64,000 nucleotides of DNA from Octopus vulgaris (lineage: Eukaryota), in assembly GCA_951406725.2 (NCBI GenBank), contig OX597814.1, positions 110,236,001 through 110,300,000 on the forward strand, written 5' to 3'. Shown here piece by piece: positions 24,411 through 38,777 of the stretch (position 1 is its first letter; the number at the start of each line of letters is the position of its first letter). The notes beneath the pieces were generated by a model that was not told where the DNA came from, made no database searches, and saw nothing but the letters and a program-made list of their open reading frames with translations. Position numbers and translations under genes: made by a program.

Positions 24411-24646
24411 AATATTATTTGAGGCGACAAGCTAGCAGAATTGTTAGCATGCTGAACTGTATTTTGCCTGTTGCTACATTCTGAGTTCAAATTCCACCAA
24501 GGTTGACTTTGTCTTTCTTCCTTTCGGGGTTCATAAATTAAGTATCAGTTGCATACTAGAGTCGATCTAATCGACTGCCCCACCCTCCACCCAAAATTTC
24601 GGGCCTTGTGCCTATAGTACTAAGGATTATTATTATCATTATTATT

Positions 24647-25108
24647 CAGTGAGAGAGCAGTGCATGCCATCAAAGTGACACTGGGGTAAAATAGACAAAG
24701 CCCAGTATACCCATCGTGACTACCCATTTTATAAAGGTACACTAGGCACATGCATCACAACCATATGGGCGCGACATGGTGATCTCATATCAAGATAAAC
24801 ACCGCATGAACATGCAGGGGGCGGGCAGTTAGAATTTTTCTTCTGGTCGAGTAACCCTTTCTGCTCAAAAGGTCCCTGAATAAGGTTTTGTTTAAGGATG
24901 TTGAACAAAACACCCATGTTTCCAGAGGTGAATTATTCAAACCCCAAAGAATCCCTCTCAACACATGGCTATGATGCTCTCCCACTACTTCTGCTCATGA
25001 TCAGAGATGCACATATCGTCAGCCACTAAGGGACATGCTCAACTGGTTATGGTCAAACAAGTGACAAACAAACATGTGGTATTGAGCAGAATATTTGCTG
25101 TAGTCCAT
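24647..25108 (-). mobile_element. 5'-truncated copy of the 288-841 repeat
   Basis: Reverse complement aligns to about 382-841; (ATT)n on both sides. Confidence 0.7.
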
Positions 25109-25139
25109 ATTATCATTATTATTATTGTTATTATTATTA

Positions 25140-25730
25140 AGTTCCACCTGGAAAGGGAAGTGCTAACTTCCAGTGAATTTGTAAAAAGATGGGTGACAGT
25201 GGCACACATAGTTTAAAGTGAATGGCCCTACTCTAAGTATGCACCTTTTGATTGGAGAACAGGAGAGAGGGCTTGTATCTTTATTGGCCCAAGTATTCTT
25301 GGATCTATGGGGTCCCTTGATTGGTCCCCTAGCTGGAGTTTCTCCTCTATCAGGAGAACCGTATCATTCATATATATCACATACTTTGTATATTCTGCAT
25401 CCTTTCATCACATTCCACTGTTTTCTCCTAAGTATCCTAATTACAGTTTCCTGCAACAGCACTAAAGTAGCTTTTAGGCCCATTTCCTCTCTCCATTTGT
25501 TCAAATCTTTAGGAATAGTTCCTTTTCTATCATCCTCCCTGCCACTTTTTCCTTTTTTTTTTAAACCTTTTTATTTTATGCATATGTCCCTTTTTTTTAA
25601 GTGTATACCGTGTATACTTTCTTTCTTTCACTTTTTTTTAATCATTTCATTATAAGTAAACCCTTACACTTCATATCTGTCTTTGTATTGTCCCCCTCAC
25701 CCTTTGCCCTTGTGGCAAATAAATTAAATC
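25140..25730 (+). mobile_element. Possible L1/Tx1-like LINE 3' end
   Basis: KFHLEREVLTSSEFVKRWVTVA resembles a Tx1/L1 C-terminus; pyrimidine-rich UTR, aataaa, then (ATT)n. Confidence 0.4.
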
Positions 25731-26904
25731 ATTATTATTATTATTATTATTATTATTTTGAACTTGACAAAGATAGGTGTACTGTTGAAATATCGTTCAA
25801 CTAATAAAATATCTTACAATCGAATTGCACTCTTCATCCATCATGACTGTTTACCTTTGTGAAGAGTTATGTCACAATCCTTTTTAAAATATTATTATTA
25901 TTATTTAAGGCAGCATGCTGGACAAAATGTTTGGCAGTATTTCGCCTGTCACTACTTTCTGAGTTCAAATTCCACCAAAGTTGACTTTGCCTTTCATCCT
26001 TTCAGTGTTGATAGATTAAGTACCTGTTGAGTCCTGGGGTCAATCTAATCAACTGTCCCCCTCATCACAAAATCCGGCCTGGTGCCTTTAGTAGAAATGA
26101 TTAATATTATTATTATAATTAAGGCATTGAGCTGGCAGAATCGTTAGCACGCTGGGCAAAATGCTTAGCGGTATTTCATCTGCTGCTATATTCTGAGTTC
26201 AAATTCCGCCAAGGTTGACTTTACCTTTAATCCTTTCGGGGTCGATAAATTAAGTACCAATTACGCACTGGGGTTGATGTAATTGACTTAATCCCTTTGT
26301 CTGTCCTTGTTTGTCCCCTCTATGTTTAGCCCCTTGTGGTTAGTAAAGAAATAAGAAGCTTCACACAACTTATCCTAGTATATCATGGTTTATAGACAAT
26401 ACGGATGAACCAGGAAAGAAGATTCAGTAGAATTTCAAGTGAAACGCTTTTCCATCTTAAACAAACACATCAATGCATTCATACCTCATTATGCAAACGG
26501 CAACGACAATTCTCTAGAAATCACTTTCGGCTCCATACATCGCACTACAACAACAACAACATAGTAGAAAGATAACCTACCCCCCAACTCTATTCTGACC
26601 ACTTCATCAAAATACACTTGCACATCAATAAACAAAATCACTTCTTTACAAAGCTCAAAAATTCCAGGTGGAACTATTTCTGTCAAGATACAAGATTGGT
26701 TTAGAGAATTGCCCATTATCAAAATCATCGACATAGGCTCTGCAATGTGCAGGGTGTACTTTCAATGAAATATTTATAATATAATGATAAAACCCATGTA
26801 AAAGTCACATCCCACAAGGTTACGTGGAATGCTACAAGTCTAATTACACAACTGCAATAAGCGATCTGATAAAAACTGAGGTTGATCTGAAAAGCACACA
26901 TCAT

Positions 26905-27265
26905 ACATGAAACAAACAAACACACACACGCACATACACACACACACACTTGCATACACACACATACTTGCACACACACACATACTTACACACACACATA
27001 TACACACACATGAAGCACAACACATACACACATATATATATACACACACACACACACACTTGTACACACTCACACACACAAACACGTACACATGCACACA
27101 TGAAGCACCACACACACACATACTTGCACACACACACATACTTGCACACACACACGAAACACCACACACAGACACACACACATATATATATACATACACA
27201 CACACACATAATTGCATGCACACATACTTGCATGCACACATAAACACACACTTGCGCACACAAAT
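26905..27265. repeat. CA-rich compound microsatellite
   Basis: Read directly. Confidence 0.95.
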
Positions 27266-28629
27266 ACCACATGCAATAGAAACAAAATTCAACAAGAAAA
27301 CAAGAAGATAGTAAAGAGAGAATGGCTGGTAGAAAATGAGAAAACTGGCAAATATTAGTATGCAAAACCAACAACAAAACAAAAAGTAATTAACAGTAAC
27401 AACAAAAACAGCTTCAATCAGCATACCACCCACACTTCAACAGTAGGCAGACTTCTTTATCAAACACCTTTTTAAAAAAAAAGCAGACATCAAAACTCTA
27501 CACACAAAGAAGACAGAAAGAAAATCACAAAGTAGGCACAGGTCACCTTGTCCTAGACTTTGACCTTGACTCTTCTCTTTAGGCAGATTCCAAGCAAAAA
27601 AAAACAAAAAAAACAAAGAAAAAGCTATTAAAAAAAAGCTGAATGTAAAATAACAAAATTTTAAGTCTAAGTCTGACAAAAATCTCGTCCTTATCATTTA
27701 GCATCCGCTTTTCTATCCTTGCATGAGTCGGATGGAATTTGTTGAGGCAGAGTTTCTTATTTCTTTACTGCCCACAAGGGGCTACACACAGAGGGGACAA
27801 ACAAGGACAAACAAACAGATTAAGTCGATTATTTCAACCCCAGTGCATAACTGGTACTTATTTAAATGACCCCGAAAGGATGAAAGGCAAAGTCAACCTT
27901 GGCAGAGTTTCTACAGCTGGATGCTCTTCCTATCACCAACCCTCTCCTGTTTCCAAATTAGGTAATATTTCCTCTTGGTCAGACATGTTTTTCATGGAAG
28001 ATTACCTACATCGCTTGTTTAACAATGATATATATTTACAATCATTACGTGATATCATGACAAAGATACATACACACACATATAGGCAGACACATAGATA
28101 CAATGGGCTTCTTTCAGTTTCTTATTTCTTTATTGCCCACAATGGGTCAAACAAGGACAGACAAAGGGGTTAAGTCGATTACATCAACCCCAGTGTGTAA
28201 CTGGTACTTAATTTATCGACCCCGAAAGGATGAAAGGCAAAGTTGACCTCGGCGGAATTTGAACTCAGAACGTAAAGACAGACGAAATCTCACTAAGCAT
28301 TTCGCCCGGTGCGCTAACGTTTCTGCCAGCTCACCACTTCTTTCAGTTTCTCTCAAGCAAATTTACTCACAAGGTTTTTGGTAGGCTCAGGGTCATAGTG
28401 GAGTATACTTGCCCAAGGTGCCACACAGCAGGACTATACCTTAAACTGCATGGTTGGGAAGAAAGCTTCTCAGCTGCACAGCCATACCTGTGCCTATACA
28501 TATGTCTAAAATTTCATACTCTATCGTTAAGATATTTCTGTTGAAATTCACCACCATGTTTCAGTTAATTTTGAAAATTATAAAGAATCTAGTAAAATAT
28601 CATTGTTGTTATTTAGCTGGTTTTCAAAA

Positions 28630-29290
28630 TACAGATGATCTTCAAACATTGGGCCTCACAGAGGCAATGGCTAGTGATTCAGACCATTGGCGATATGCCA
28701 TGCTTGAGAAGACCTATCAAGCCAAGTGAAATCAGTAATGGCCAATACTGGCATCATGTAACTGGAACCCATGCTGGTGGCATGTAAAAAGCACCATTTG
28801 AGGGTTGAGCCTCACAAAGGCAATGTGGCCAATGTCACCTAACTGGCACCCATACCAGTGACACATCAAAAGCACCAATTGGGTGTTGGGCCTAACAGAG
28901 GCAGTGTGACTGAAGTCGGTGTTAGGTGACTGGCATGTAAAAAGCACCTTTCAAGCTTTGGGCCTCACAATAACAGTATCGCTGATACCAGTGTCACATA
29001 ACTGGCACCTGTGCCAGTGGCACATAAAAAGCACCATTCGAGCATTGGACTCCATTGAGGCTGTGTGGCTGATGTTGGTGTCATGTAACTGGCTTCTGTG
29101 ACACTGACTTTTTAAGATGTGATTTTTAAGTAACAAATTTTGTCGGTGTGGTTGGTGTTAGGAAGGGTATCCAGCTGTAGAAACCTTGCCAGATCAGACT
29201 GAATTCTGGTGCAGCCTCTCAGCTTACAACCTCTGATCAAACCATCCAACCCATGCCAGCATAGACAACAGACGTTAAATGATGATATTG
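28630..29290 (+). mobile_element. Family D LINE 3' end with ORF2 C-terminus
   Basis: DDLQTLGLTEAMASDSDHWRYAMLEKTYQAK* (RTE-like DLxxLGL...DRxxWR), then ~80-bp UTR subrepeats and tail. Confidence 0.8.
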
Positions 29291-29298
29291 ATTATGAT

Positions 29299-29528
29299 GG
29301 CGGCGAGCTGGCAGAACCGTTAGCACACCGGGCGAAATGCGTAGCCGTATTTCGTCTGCCATTACGTTCTGAGTTCAAATTCCGCCGAGGTCGACTTTGC
29401 CTTTCATCCTTTCGGGGTCGATAAATTAAGTACCAGTTACACACTGGGGTCAATGTAATCGACTTAATCTGTTTGTCTGTCCTTGTTTGTCCCCTCTATG
29501 TTTAGCCCCTTGTGGGTAATAAAGAAAC
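29299..29528 (+). mobile_element. SINE family A, near-consensus copy
   Basis: Full head to tail; flanked by gatattgat-like direct repeats. Confidence 0.9.
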
Positions 29529-29932
29529 AGATATTGATGATGATGAATTGACCCACCCCCCCAGGAATTTTTTTCTTCAGCCAAGTACTTACCCTATCAG
29601 TGTCTTTTACTAAATAATTAAGTTACAGAGATGCTTAGACACATACACAGTTGGTTAAGAATCCATCAGTTAGAAAAAATATGCACTTGTATGGATTTTC
29701 TTCCATAACATCCAACTCTGAAGAGTGCAAGGTTACATAATTAGGCAGTATCTAACATCCTGTTGAATCCATAGTGCAAAACCAGTTGGTAAGACCAGCC
29801 TTAATGGATAGATAATACTGCACACTTTGATTAATATATTAATCCTGGTTTGACCAGGATTGGTGAGCTGAGGGGCTGCATCAGAATTCAGTCTGATCTG
29901 GTAAGGTTTCTACAGCGGGATGCCCTTCCTAC

Positions 29933-29978
<46 letters not shown>

Positions 29979-31004
29979 AGATATAGAGAGATAGATAGGC
30001 AGACAAATAGACAGATACACACACACAAACAAACAGGCTTCTTTCAGTTTTCTGGCCCAGAGCTATAGTGGAAGACACCTGCCCAAGGTGCCATGCAGTG
30101 GGACTGAACCTGGGACCATGTGGTTGGGAAGTGACCTTCTTATCACACAGTCATGCATGTGCCTATACACACACACAGCAGACTTCTTTCAGTTTCCATC
30201 CACCAAATCCTCTCACAAGGGTTTTAGTTGACCTGGAGCTATATAATAAGAGGCTCTTATCCAAAGCACCACACAGTGGGACTGAACCTGGAACCATCTG
30301 GTTGGGAACCAAACTTCTTACCACACAGCTATGCAAAAGGGTTAAACATCTCTAGAGACAGATTTTCTTCTTCTTTTCCTTTCTTTTTTTTCCCCTGCTG
30401 ACTGCACAAATAATCTCAGTCAAAGTTTTTTGTTTTAACACATTGCACAAGATCCTTTCTGTCACCAGTGATCTAAGTTTACCAAATGAAACCCGATCAC
30501 CACTGCCCCCCCCCCCCTGCACCTCCTGTCAGCACATACGAAATGTGCTCCCAATTCTAAGTGAGTAACATAATCACAGTCTAGGTTTACTGAAGCTAAA
30601 AGGAGTTGAATTACTTGGATCTTTTCTTTGTTTTAGGCGCAGGCAAGGCTGTGTGGTTAAGAAATTCACTTCACAACGAAGTGGTTTCAAGTTCAGTCCC
30701 ACTGCACTGTACCTTGGGCATGTGTCTTTTTACCCACAGTCTTGGGCTGACCAGAACCTTGTGAATGGATCTGGTAGGCAGTGGACAAACATTAAATAGG
30801 AACCTATAGTGTGTGTGTGTGATCTTCACTGTCATCAGTTTTCCGGGCTGGCATGAGTTGGACAGTTTGACTGGAACTGGTAAGGCCAGGCTGTGCATAT
30901 GGTTCCATAGTCTGTTTTGGTATGATTTCTGTAGTTGGATGCCCACCCTTATGCCAAGCACTCTACAGAGTATATTGGGTGCCATTTATGTAACACTAAC
31001 GCCA

Positions 31005-31280
31005 GTACTTTTTACATGGCACCACCATCTCCAGTGTTTTTTATGTGGCACCATCACCAGTGCTTTTTACATGGCACCATCTCCAGTGCTTTTTACGTGG
31101 CACCATCCCCCGTGCTTTTTACGTCACACCAGTGCTTTTTACATGGCACCATCTTCAGTGCTTTTTATGTGACACCGGCACCAGTGCTTATTATGTAGCA
31201 CCAGTGACTTTTACATGGAACTAGCACCAGTTCTTTTTACATGGAACTAGCATCAATGCTTTTTATGTGGGACCAGCACC
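31005..31280. repeat. ~23-bp minisatellite (gcaccatcyccagtgctttttayrtg) inside a family D tail
   Basis: About 12 degenerate units visible. Confidence 0.8.
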
Positions 31281-32250
31281 AACAGGGTCACCAAGTACCT
31301 TGCATGACAAAAAGCCCTCAACTGGGAGTGGGGTGAGTACTATTGAAGGTGTGTGGCTTTGTGCCAGTTGAGATATCATTTAATATCCCTTTTCCATGCT
31401 GGCATGGGTTGAATGCTTCGAGAGGAACTGGCCAGTTGGGGAACTGCCTAAGCTCCATTTCTCTGTTTTGGCACTGTGTTCTATGGCTTGACGCCCTTCC
31501 TAATGCCAACCATTTTACAGAGTGTACTGGGCGATTTTCACATGACACTGGTACAAGAGCTTTTATATGGCACTGATATGGGTACCTTTGTGTGGCACCA
31601 GCATAGGTGCTTTAACATAGCACTGGGGCGAGCACTTTTTACATGGCACCAGCTCCCACAAGCCTGCAATAGAGGGACTTCTCAGCTGAGAGAGGGAGTG
31701 GGGGGGCATGGTCATAAAGGACATGCCTGTATGTATGGATGGCCATATTTTTACTTAGTTTGGCATGTCTTCTGGAGCACAGCAAACCACCAAGTCCTGG
31801 TCGCTTGTCGGCTCCTCTATGAGGCCCAACATCTTTACACACTCACACATACATACCATAGAACCTTTACACACTCACACATACATACAATGTATTCACC
31901 CCACATTTTATGCACTTCACTCACCCCTCAACCATGTCTAATCTCTACAGTTATCACCTACACTTCCTTATCTTCCTCACTCATCAGCCACTCAACACTT
32001 GTTCTTCGTTTATTATATTCACCCCCTCTCCCATTCCCCATTTCTCACTCCCCTACACACTCACGTAACCTTCTGCCCCAATTCAATTCTACTCACCTCA
32101 TACCTTGAGGTCCACACAGACACCTCATCAACACAGTTTGTATCTCTTCCAAGCTCCACCCCCAATTCCACTCCACCCTCTCTTCTAAAATGTAAGGAAC
32201 CATGTGGCTCCTCTACTGCAAGAAACCAGTTCTTTTTCTGGCCATTTTCT

Positions 32251-32516
32251 ATCATCATCATCATTGTTCGACCATGGTCGAGAGAATGGAATTTACTATC
32301 CTACGCCAGACTTCACGGTCCATCCTGTTGCTGGATGCCTGTATCCCTGGAGATTACATCAGGGTAGGAGAGTGTGCACCCTCTGGTATCACGAGCAGAT
32401 GGCTTCCAGAGGAGAAGAGTAAAAATTACCTCGTTTTCAGCTCTACAACAATGTCCAGCAAACTGGACTCTTCTACCTTTCACAAGAGATGATACAGGTG
32501 GTAATTTCCCATATAT
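32251..32516 (-). pseudogene. RTE-like LINE 3' fragment
   Basis: IYGKLPPVSSLVKGRRVQFAGHCCR... followed by a (GAT)n tail. Confidence 0.75.
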
Positions 32517-33238
32517 TTCTCTCATACATTAACTTCCTTTAAGCCAACTCTTCACCTTGTGATTCATAGTCTTGTAAGCTGCATGGTGACCTCACTGGTG
32601 CTGGTGGCATCAAACAAAGAAAAGGCACCCAGTCACACACCGTAAAGTGGTTGGTATTAGGAAGGACATCCAGCCATAGAAGCCATGCAAAATAAACAAT
32701 GGAGCATGATGCAGTTCTTGGAGGCATTGGAGTTTGTTGGGCATTAAATGACAATGATGATGGTGTATGTGTGTGTCTATGAACTGAACAGGATTGCAGG
32801 GGTGCAAAGATAATGCGAATTATGCAAGCCCAAAGCCAATTCTTTGCTTTCCGTCCCTACAGACACCAGTGACCAACCTGTGGCAGAGCTCTCCAAGCAC
32901 CTAACTAATTGGCCACAGTTGAAAATACTTTACCTCATCTTTTTCCCCCATGTGATATCCTTGATTATCATCAACAACAACAACAGACAAACTAATAATA
33001 ATAAGAAGAAAAAGAAGAAGAAGAATCCTTTCTACTGAAGGCACAAGGCCTGAAATTTGTGGGGAGAGGACTAGTTGATTACATTGACCCCAGTGTTTCA
33101 CTGGTAGTTAATTTATCAACCCCAAAAAGATGACAGGCAAAGTCAACCTCAGCAGAATTTGAACTCAGAATGTAAGGACAGACAAAATACTGCTAAGCAT
33201 TTTGTCAACTGTGTTAACAATTCTGCCAGTTCCCCACC

Positions 33239-33271
<33 letters not shown>

Positions 33272-33726
33272 TGTATGTCTGTGTGTGTGTATTTATATTT
33301 GCAGTTTACAAAAAAATTACTGCTGTACAAGCGATAGTGTTATTGTCATTTTCTTTGTCAACAAACCATCTTGCCGGCTTTGCACCTTCAGAGATATGTG
33401 TGCAATGGGAGATCTTTTACTTGAAAAGCAGATAAGGGTCGGTGACAGGAAGATCATCTAGTTGTTGCCAAAATCTTTCAAATAATATATCAATATATCC
33501 ATCCAGCCTATGCAAACATGGAGAAACAGATGCAAAAAAAAAAAAAAGAAAAAAAAAGATTGAAAACAACCCTGAATTTTGTGTTTGTGACGTCCTTTAC
33601 ATGTTCGGTGTTCTAAGTTTACCAAATGAAACCTGATACCCAGCATCCCATCTCTTGGCAGATTATACGAGATATACTTCAGTACTAAGTTAGTAATGTA
33701 ACTAGTTCTAGGTTTACCAATGTTAA

Positions 33727-33946
33727 CCCTTTCATTACTGTATTTATTTTGAGATACTCAGTGTTTCTTTCAATTACTTTAAATTTAACAAAGAATTTAG
33801 TAAAATAACTTAGTTATCATTCAACTAGTGCTAGGAACATAAATTGTGACTAAGATTTGGTGGAAGATTTTAATTCAAAACTTATGAAAACAAAACATTT
33901 GTACTCAGAGCCAGAGCCAATTTAAGCTGGGTTGGTAACAAAAGGG
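33727..33946 (+). mobile_element. piggyBac-type MITE, family 1
   Basis: TTAA|CCC...GGG|TTAA. Confidence 0.85.
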
Positions 33947-34523
33947 TTAAACAGAGACTACTTTGATCTTCTTTTATTCTGGTGAAGCATTAAGCAAGAA
34001 TTTAAATGAAAAGAATATAATAATAGAATCGACAGAAATATGTAACAGAAAACACAATCTCTCAGACATTAAAACAAAATTGCTTATTTTTGATAAACTT
34101 CTTTTTAAAAAAATTAAATATATTTATTTTATAAAATTTATTTGTTGGTTGGTTATTTTATGCTGAGAACAGTGCAACCAAACCAGTCAAGTACTGGGTT
34201 TGATTTTATTAACTTGCCCTTCCCCTCAAAATTGTCAGTTCCATGCTAAAATTTGAAATCATCATTATTATTATTATTATTATTAAGGGTGGTGAGCTTG
34301 CAGTATCGTTAGCATGCTGGACAAAATACTTAACAGTATTTCACCCGTTAGTTCATTCTGAGTTCAAATTCTGCTGAGGTTGATTTTACCGTTCATCCTT
34401 TCGGGGTTGATAAAATAAGTACCAGTTAAACACTGGGGATCAATGTAATTGACTCATACCCTCTCCATAAAAATTGCTGCCCTTGTGGCAAAATTTGAAA
34501 CCATTATTATTATTATTATTATT

Positions 34524-36538
34524 ACCTGTGTCGGTGGCACATAAAAACACCATCCGAAGACCCGGCAAGACTAGTCAGGCCATAACCCATGGCCCCTACC
34601 TGGGACGTAGTCAGTCCACCTGTGCATACCTTCCTCCTTGTGATACTTGTGAAGGCCTGTTGAGGCAAGTGAAAATAAAAATAAAAATAAAATCAAAACA
34701 AATCAAAATAGATGAACATCAATGGAATTTGTATCTTTGTGGTACCAGTGCCGGTGGCACACAAGAGAAAACCATCCGAAAGTGGCCGTAGCCAGTACCG
34801 CATCGACTGGCCTCCGTGCTGTGGGCACATGACAAACACCATCCGATCGTGGCCGTTCGCCAGCCTCATCTAGCACCTGTGTCGGTGGCACATAAAAACA
34901 CCATCCGAAGACCCGGCAAGACTAGTCAGGCCATTACCCATGGCCCCTACCTGGGACGTAGTCAGTCCACCTGTGCATACCTTCCTTCTTGTGACACTTG
35001 TGAAGACCTGTTGAGGCAAGTGAAAATCAAAATCAAAACAAATCAAAATAGATGAACATCAATGGAATCTGTATCTTTGTGGTACCAGTGCCGGTGGCAC
35101 ACAAGAGAACCATCCGAACGTGGCCGTAGTCAGTTCCGCATCGACCGGCCTCCGTGCTGTGGGCATGTAACAAAAACCATCCGATCATGGCCATTCGCCA
35201 GCCTCATCTGGCACCTGTGTCGGTGGCACATAAAAACACCTTCCGAAGACCCGGCAAGACTAGTCAGTCCACCTGTGCATACCTTCCTTCTTGTGACACT
35301 TGTGAAGACCTGTTGAGGCAAGTGAAAATCAAATCAAATCAAATCAAAATAGATGAACATCAATGGAATTTGTATCTTTGTGGTACCAGTGCCTGTGGCA
35401 CACAAGAAATCCATCCGAACGTGGCCGTAGTCAGTACCGCATCGACTGGCCATCGTGCTGTGGGCACATAACAAACACCATCCGATCGTGGCCGTTCGCC
35501 AGCCTCATCTGGCACCTGTGTCGGTGGCACATAAAAACACCATCCGAAGACCCGGCAAGACTAGTCAGGCCATATCCCATGGCCCCTACCTGGGACGTAG
35601 TCAGTCCACCTGTGCATACCTTCCTCCTTGTGATACTTGTGAAGGCCTGTTGAGGCAAGTGAAAATCAAAATGAAATCAAAACAAATCAAATCAAAACAA
35701 ATCAAAATAGATGAACATTAATGGAATTGTATCTTGTGGTACCAGTGCCGGTGGCACACAAGAAAACCATCCGAACGTGGCCGTAGCCAGTACCGCACCG
35801 ACTGGCCTCCGTGCTGTGGGCACGTAACAAACACCATCCGATTGTGGCCGTTCGCCAGCCTCATCTGGCACCTGTGTCGGTGGCACATAAAAACACCATC
35901 CGAAGACCTGGCAAGACTAGTCAGGCCATAACCTGTGGCCCCTACCTGGGACGTAGTCAGTCCACCTGTGCATACCTTCCTTCTTGTGACACTTGTGAAG
36001 ACCTGTTGAGGCAAGTGAAAATCAAATCAAATCAAAACAAATCAAAATAGATGAACATCAATGGAATTTGTATCTTTGTGGTACCAGTGCCGGTGGCACG
36101 TGGCACACAAGAAAACCATCCGAACGTGGCCGTAGCCAGTACCGCATCGACTGGCCTCCGTGCTGTGGGCACGTAACAAACACCATCCGATCGTGGCCGT
36201 TTGCCAGCCTCATCTGGCACCTGTGTCGGTGGCACATAAAAACACCATCCGAGCGTGGCCGTCTGCCAGCCTCGTCTGGTACCTGTGTCGGTGGCACATA
36301 AAAAACACCATCCGAGCGTGGCCGTTTGCCAGCCTCGTCTGGCACCTGTGTTGGTGGCACATAAAATCACCCACTACACTCTCGGAGTGGTTGGCGTTAG
36401 GAAGGGCATCCAGTTGTAGAAACACTGCCAGATCTGACTGGACTGGTGCAGCTTTCGGGCTCCCCAGACCCCAGTTGAACCGTCCAACCCATGCTAGCAT
36501 TGAAAGCGGACGTTAAATGATGATGATGATGATGATGA
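34524..36538 (+). repeat. Five tandem ~300-356-bp units of a family D-related 3' region plus one terminal tail
   Basis: Unit starts at 34524, 34875, 35213, 35514 and 35870; ~62-bp subrepeats from 36219, then a (GAT)n tail. Confidence 0.9.
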
Positions 36539-36557
36539 TTATTATTATTACTATTAT

Positions 36558-36622
<65 letters not shown>

Positions 36623-37761
36623 TATTATTATTATTTATTATTGTTATTATTATTGCTGCTGCTGCTGCTGGCAGAACAGTTAGCAACATTTCATCCATCT
36701 TCACATCCTGAATTCCAGTGCCGCCAGGGTTGACCTTACCTTTCATCTTTCAGGGTCAATAAAATAAATACCAGTTGAATCCTAGGGTTGACATAATCGA
36801 CTTATTCCCCACACATCCCTGAACTTGCTGGCCTTGTGCCAAAGACTGGAAATCATCATTATTATAAAGGCAGAGAGCTGGCAAAACCATTAACACACCG
36901 GGCAAAATTCTTAACAGTATCTTATCTGCCTTTACATTCTCATTTCAAATTCCACCAAGGTCGGCTTCACCTTTCATCTTTTCGGGGTCGATAAAATAAG
37001 TACCAGTCAACTTCCCCTCCCTTCAAAAATTGCTAGCCTTGTGCCAAAATTAGAAAGAGTTCTTCTTCTTCACCTTCTCCTCTTCATTCCTCTTCTTCTC
37101 CTTCTTTTCCTTCTTCTTTTCCTCCTTCTTTTGCTTCTTCTTCTTCTTCTTCTTCTTCTTATTATTATTATTATTATTATCGTCAATCTATGTTGCTTTG
37201 TAATCTTTTAGCTAAACATATTTATTCTGTTGTACAGATGGCTCTGACATGAACACTTGATAATTCATGATATCTTTAATGTAAAACACAGCATTTTAAT
37301 AATAATGATAATAATAACAATAATTGCTGTTGCTGTCAGAGTAGCATGTCTCCTCAAACTGCTGCTGCTACCGGTGCTGCTGCTGCTGTTTTAATGCAAC
37401 AAACAGTAATGTTTCTGCTGATATTGCATTAGCTGTGTTTATTAATGCACTTGTTGTTCTCTCTAATTAGGCGACTTTATACTAACGAAGACAGCAACTA
37501 CTACCAGACACCCTGGAGTTTTTGGTGGTTATTATTGAGGACTGTTACCATGTTGGAGACGGAGGGGGGGGGGGGGTTGTCATTGTTTTGGTTGAGTAAT
37601 TAATGCTTGACATATTAGCTCTAGTTCTCTGTTCTCTCTCTCCCCTTTGTACATGCACACACACACACACACATATCTTGTTCCCCCACACTATCTTTTC
37701 ATTTCTTTGTGAGTATTTATGAGACTGTGTGGTTGTGTGCATATATATATGTCTGTGTAAA

Positions 37762-37993
37762 GGCGGCGAGCTGGCAGAAACGTTAGCACGGCGGGCGAAA
37801 TGCGTAGCCGTATTTCGTCTGCCGTTATGTTCTGAGTTCAAATTCCGCCAAGGTCGACTTTGCCTTTCATCCTTTCAGGGTCGATAAATTAAGTACCAGT
37901 TACGCACTGGAGTCGATATAATCAACTTAATCCATTTTCTGTCCTTGTTTGTCCCTTCTGTGTATAGCCCCTTGTGGGTAGTAAAGAAATAGG
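37762..37993 (+). mobile_element. SINE family A, near-consensus copy
   Basis: Full length; gtctgtgta occurs on both sides. Confidence 0.9.
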
Positions 37994-38023
37994 TATTTCG
38001 TCTGTGTAGTTGCGTACATATAT

Positions 38024-38061
<38 letters not shown>

Positions 38062-38471
38062 TTGTGTGCACATGTTTGTGTATAGTTGTGTGCATATATT
38101 TGTGTGTATAGTTGTGTATAAATACCTGTGTGTGCATGGTTGTGTGCACTTATGTGTATGTAGTTGTGCATATGTGTGTGTGGTTGTATGCACGTGTGTG
38201 TGTAGTTGTGTGCATATATCTGTGTGTATGCATGGTTGTGTGCATATGGTTGTGTACACGTATATGTGTTGTTCTGTACATATATCTGAGTGTGTGTATA
38301 AGTACAGACTATTGTTGAGAGCGTGATGTGTTCAGTATAGAAAGCATGCAGTAGAGCTCAAATGAATTTTGAACTTAAACTCCAAATTCTTCATCCTGGA
38401 CTAGATCCATGGTGTCAAGAATGGCTACAAGAGAAATCCAAGGAGAGCTGATATGGAGGTAGTGATGTAGA

Positions 38472-38649
38472 CAAGTGCTCCTCAATCAGTACGCTGCAGC
38501 ATACTGGTGTGCCACAAGACAATGCCACAGTGAAGCATGAATATAGTTTTTTTCCCTATACTTTTACTCATGTTTTTAGTTCATGTGTGCCACCGAATTC
38601 TGAAAAGAACATAGGTGCACCACAAGAGAAAAAAGGTTGTGGAGCACTG
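38472..38649. mobile_element. Short hAT-like MITE
   Basis: agtgctcctcaa / ttgtggagcactg inverted ends; tgtgcc subterminal motifs. Confidence 0.55.
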
Positions 38650-38700
38650 ATGTAAATAAACACAACTAGGCTTCACACACACACATATTCAGAAAGATAC

Positions 38701-38757
<57 letters not shown>

Positions 38758-38777
38758 CATATATATAATTACATATA

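Noticed and set aside
29299-29390. tRNA genes
   Set aside because: A/B-box-like heads belong to SINEs; no complete cloverleaf.
30450-33725. Short diverged duplicates (30450-30600 vs 33590-33725; also 57472-57560 vs 59762-59870)
   Set aside because: Similarity is visible but too short and decayed to classify.
34647-34680. ctgttgag-gcaagt-gaaa as a hammerhead making the array a retrozyme
   Set aside because: Core A6 is missing and there are no helices; the text is the family D gaagacc...caagtgaaat motif.
34524-36420. CRISPR-like array
   Set aside because: The intervening sequences are repeated rather than unique spacers; eukaryotic context with no cas genes.
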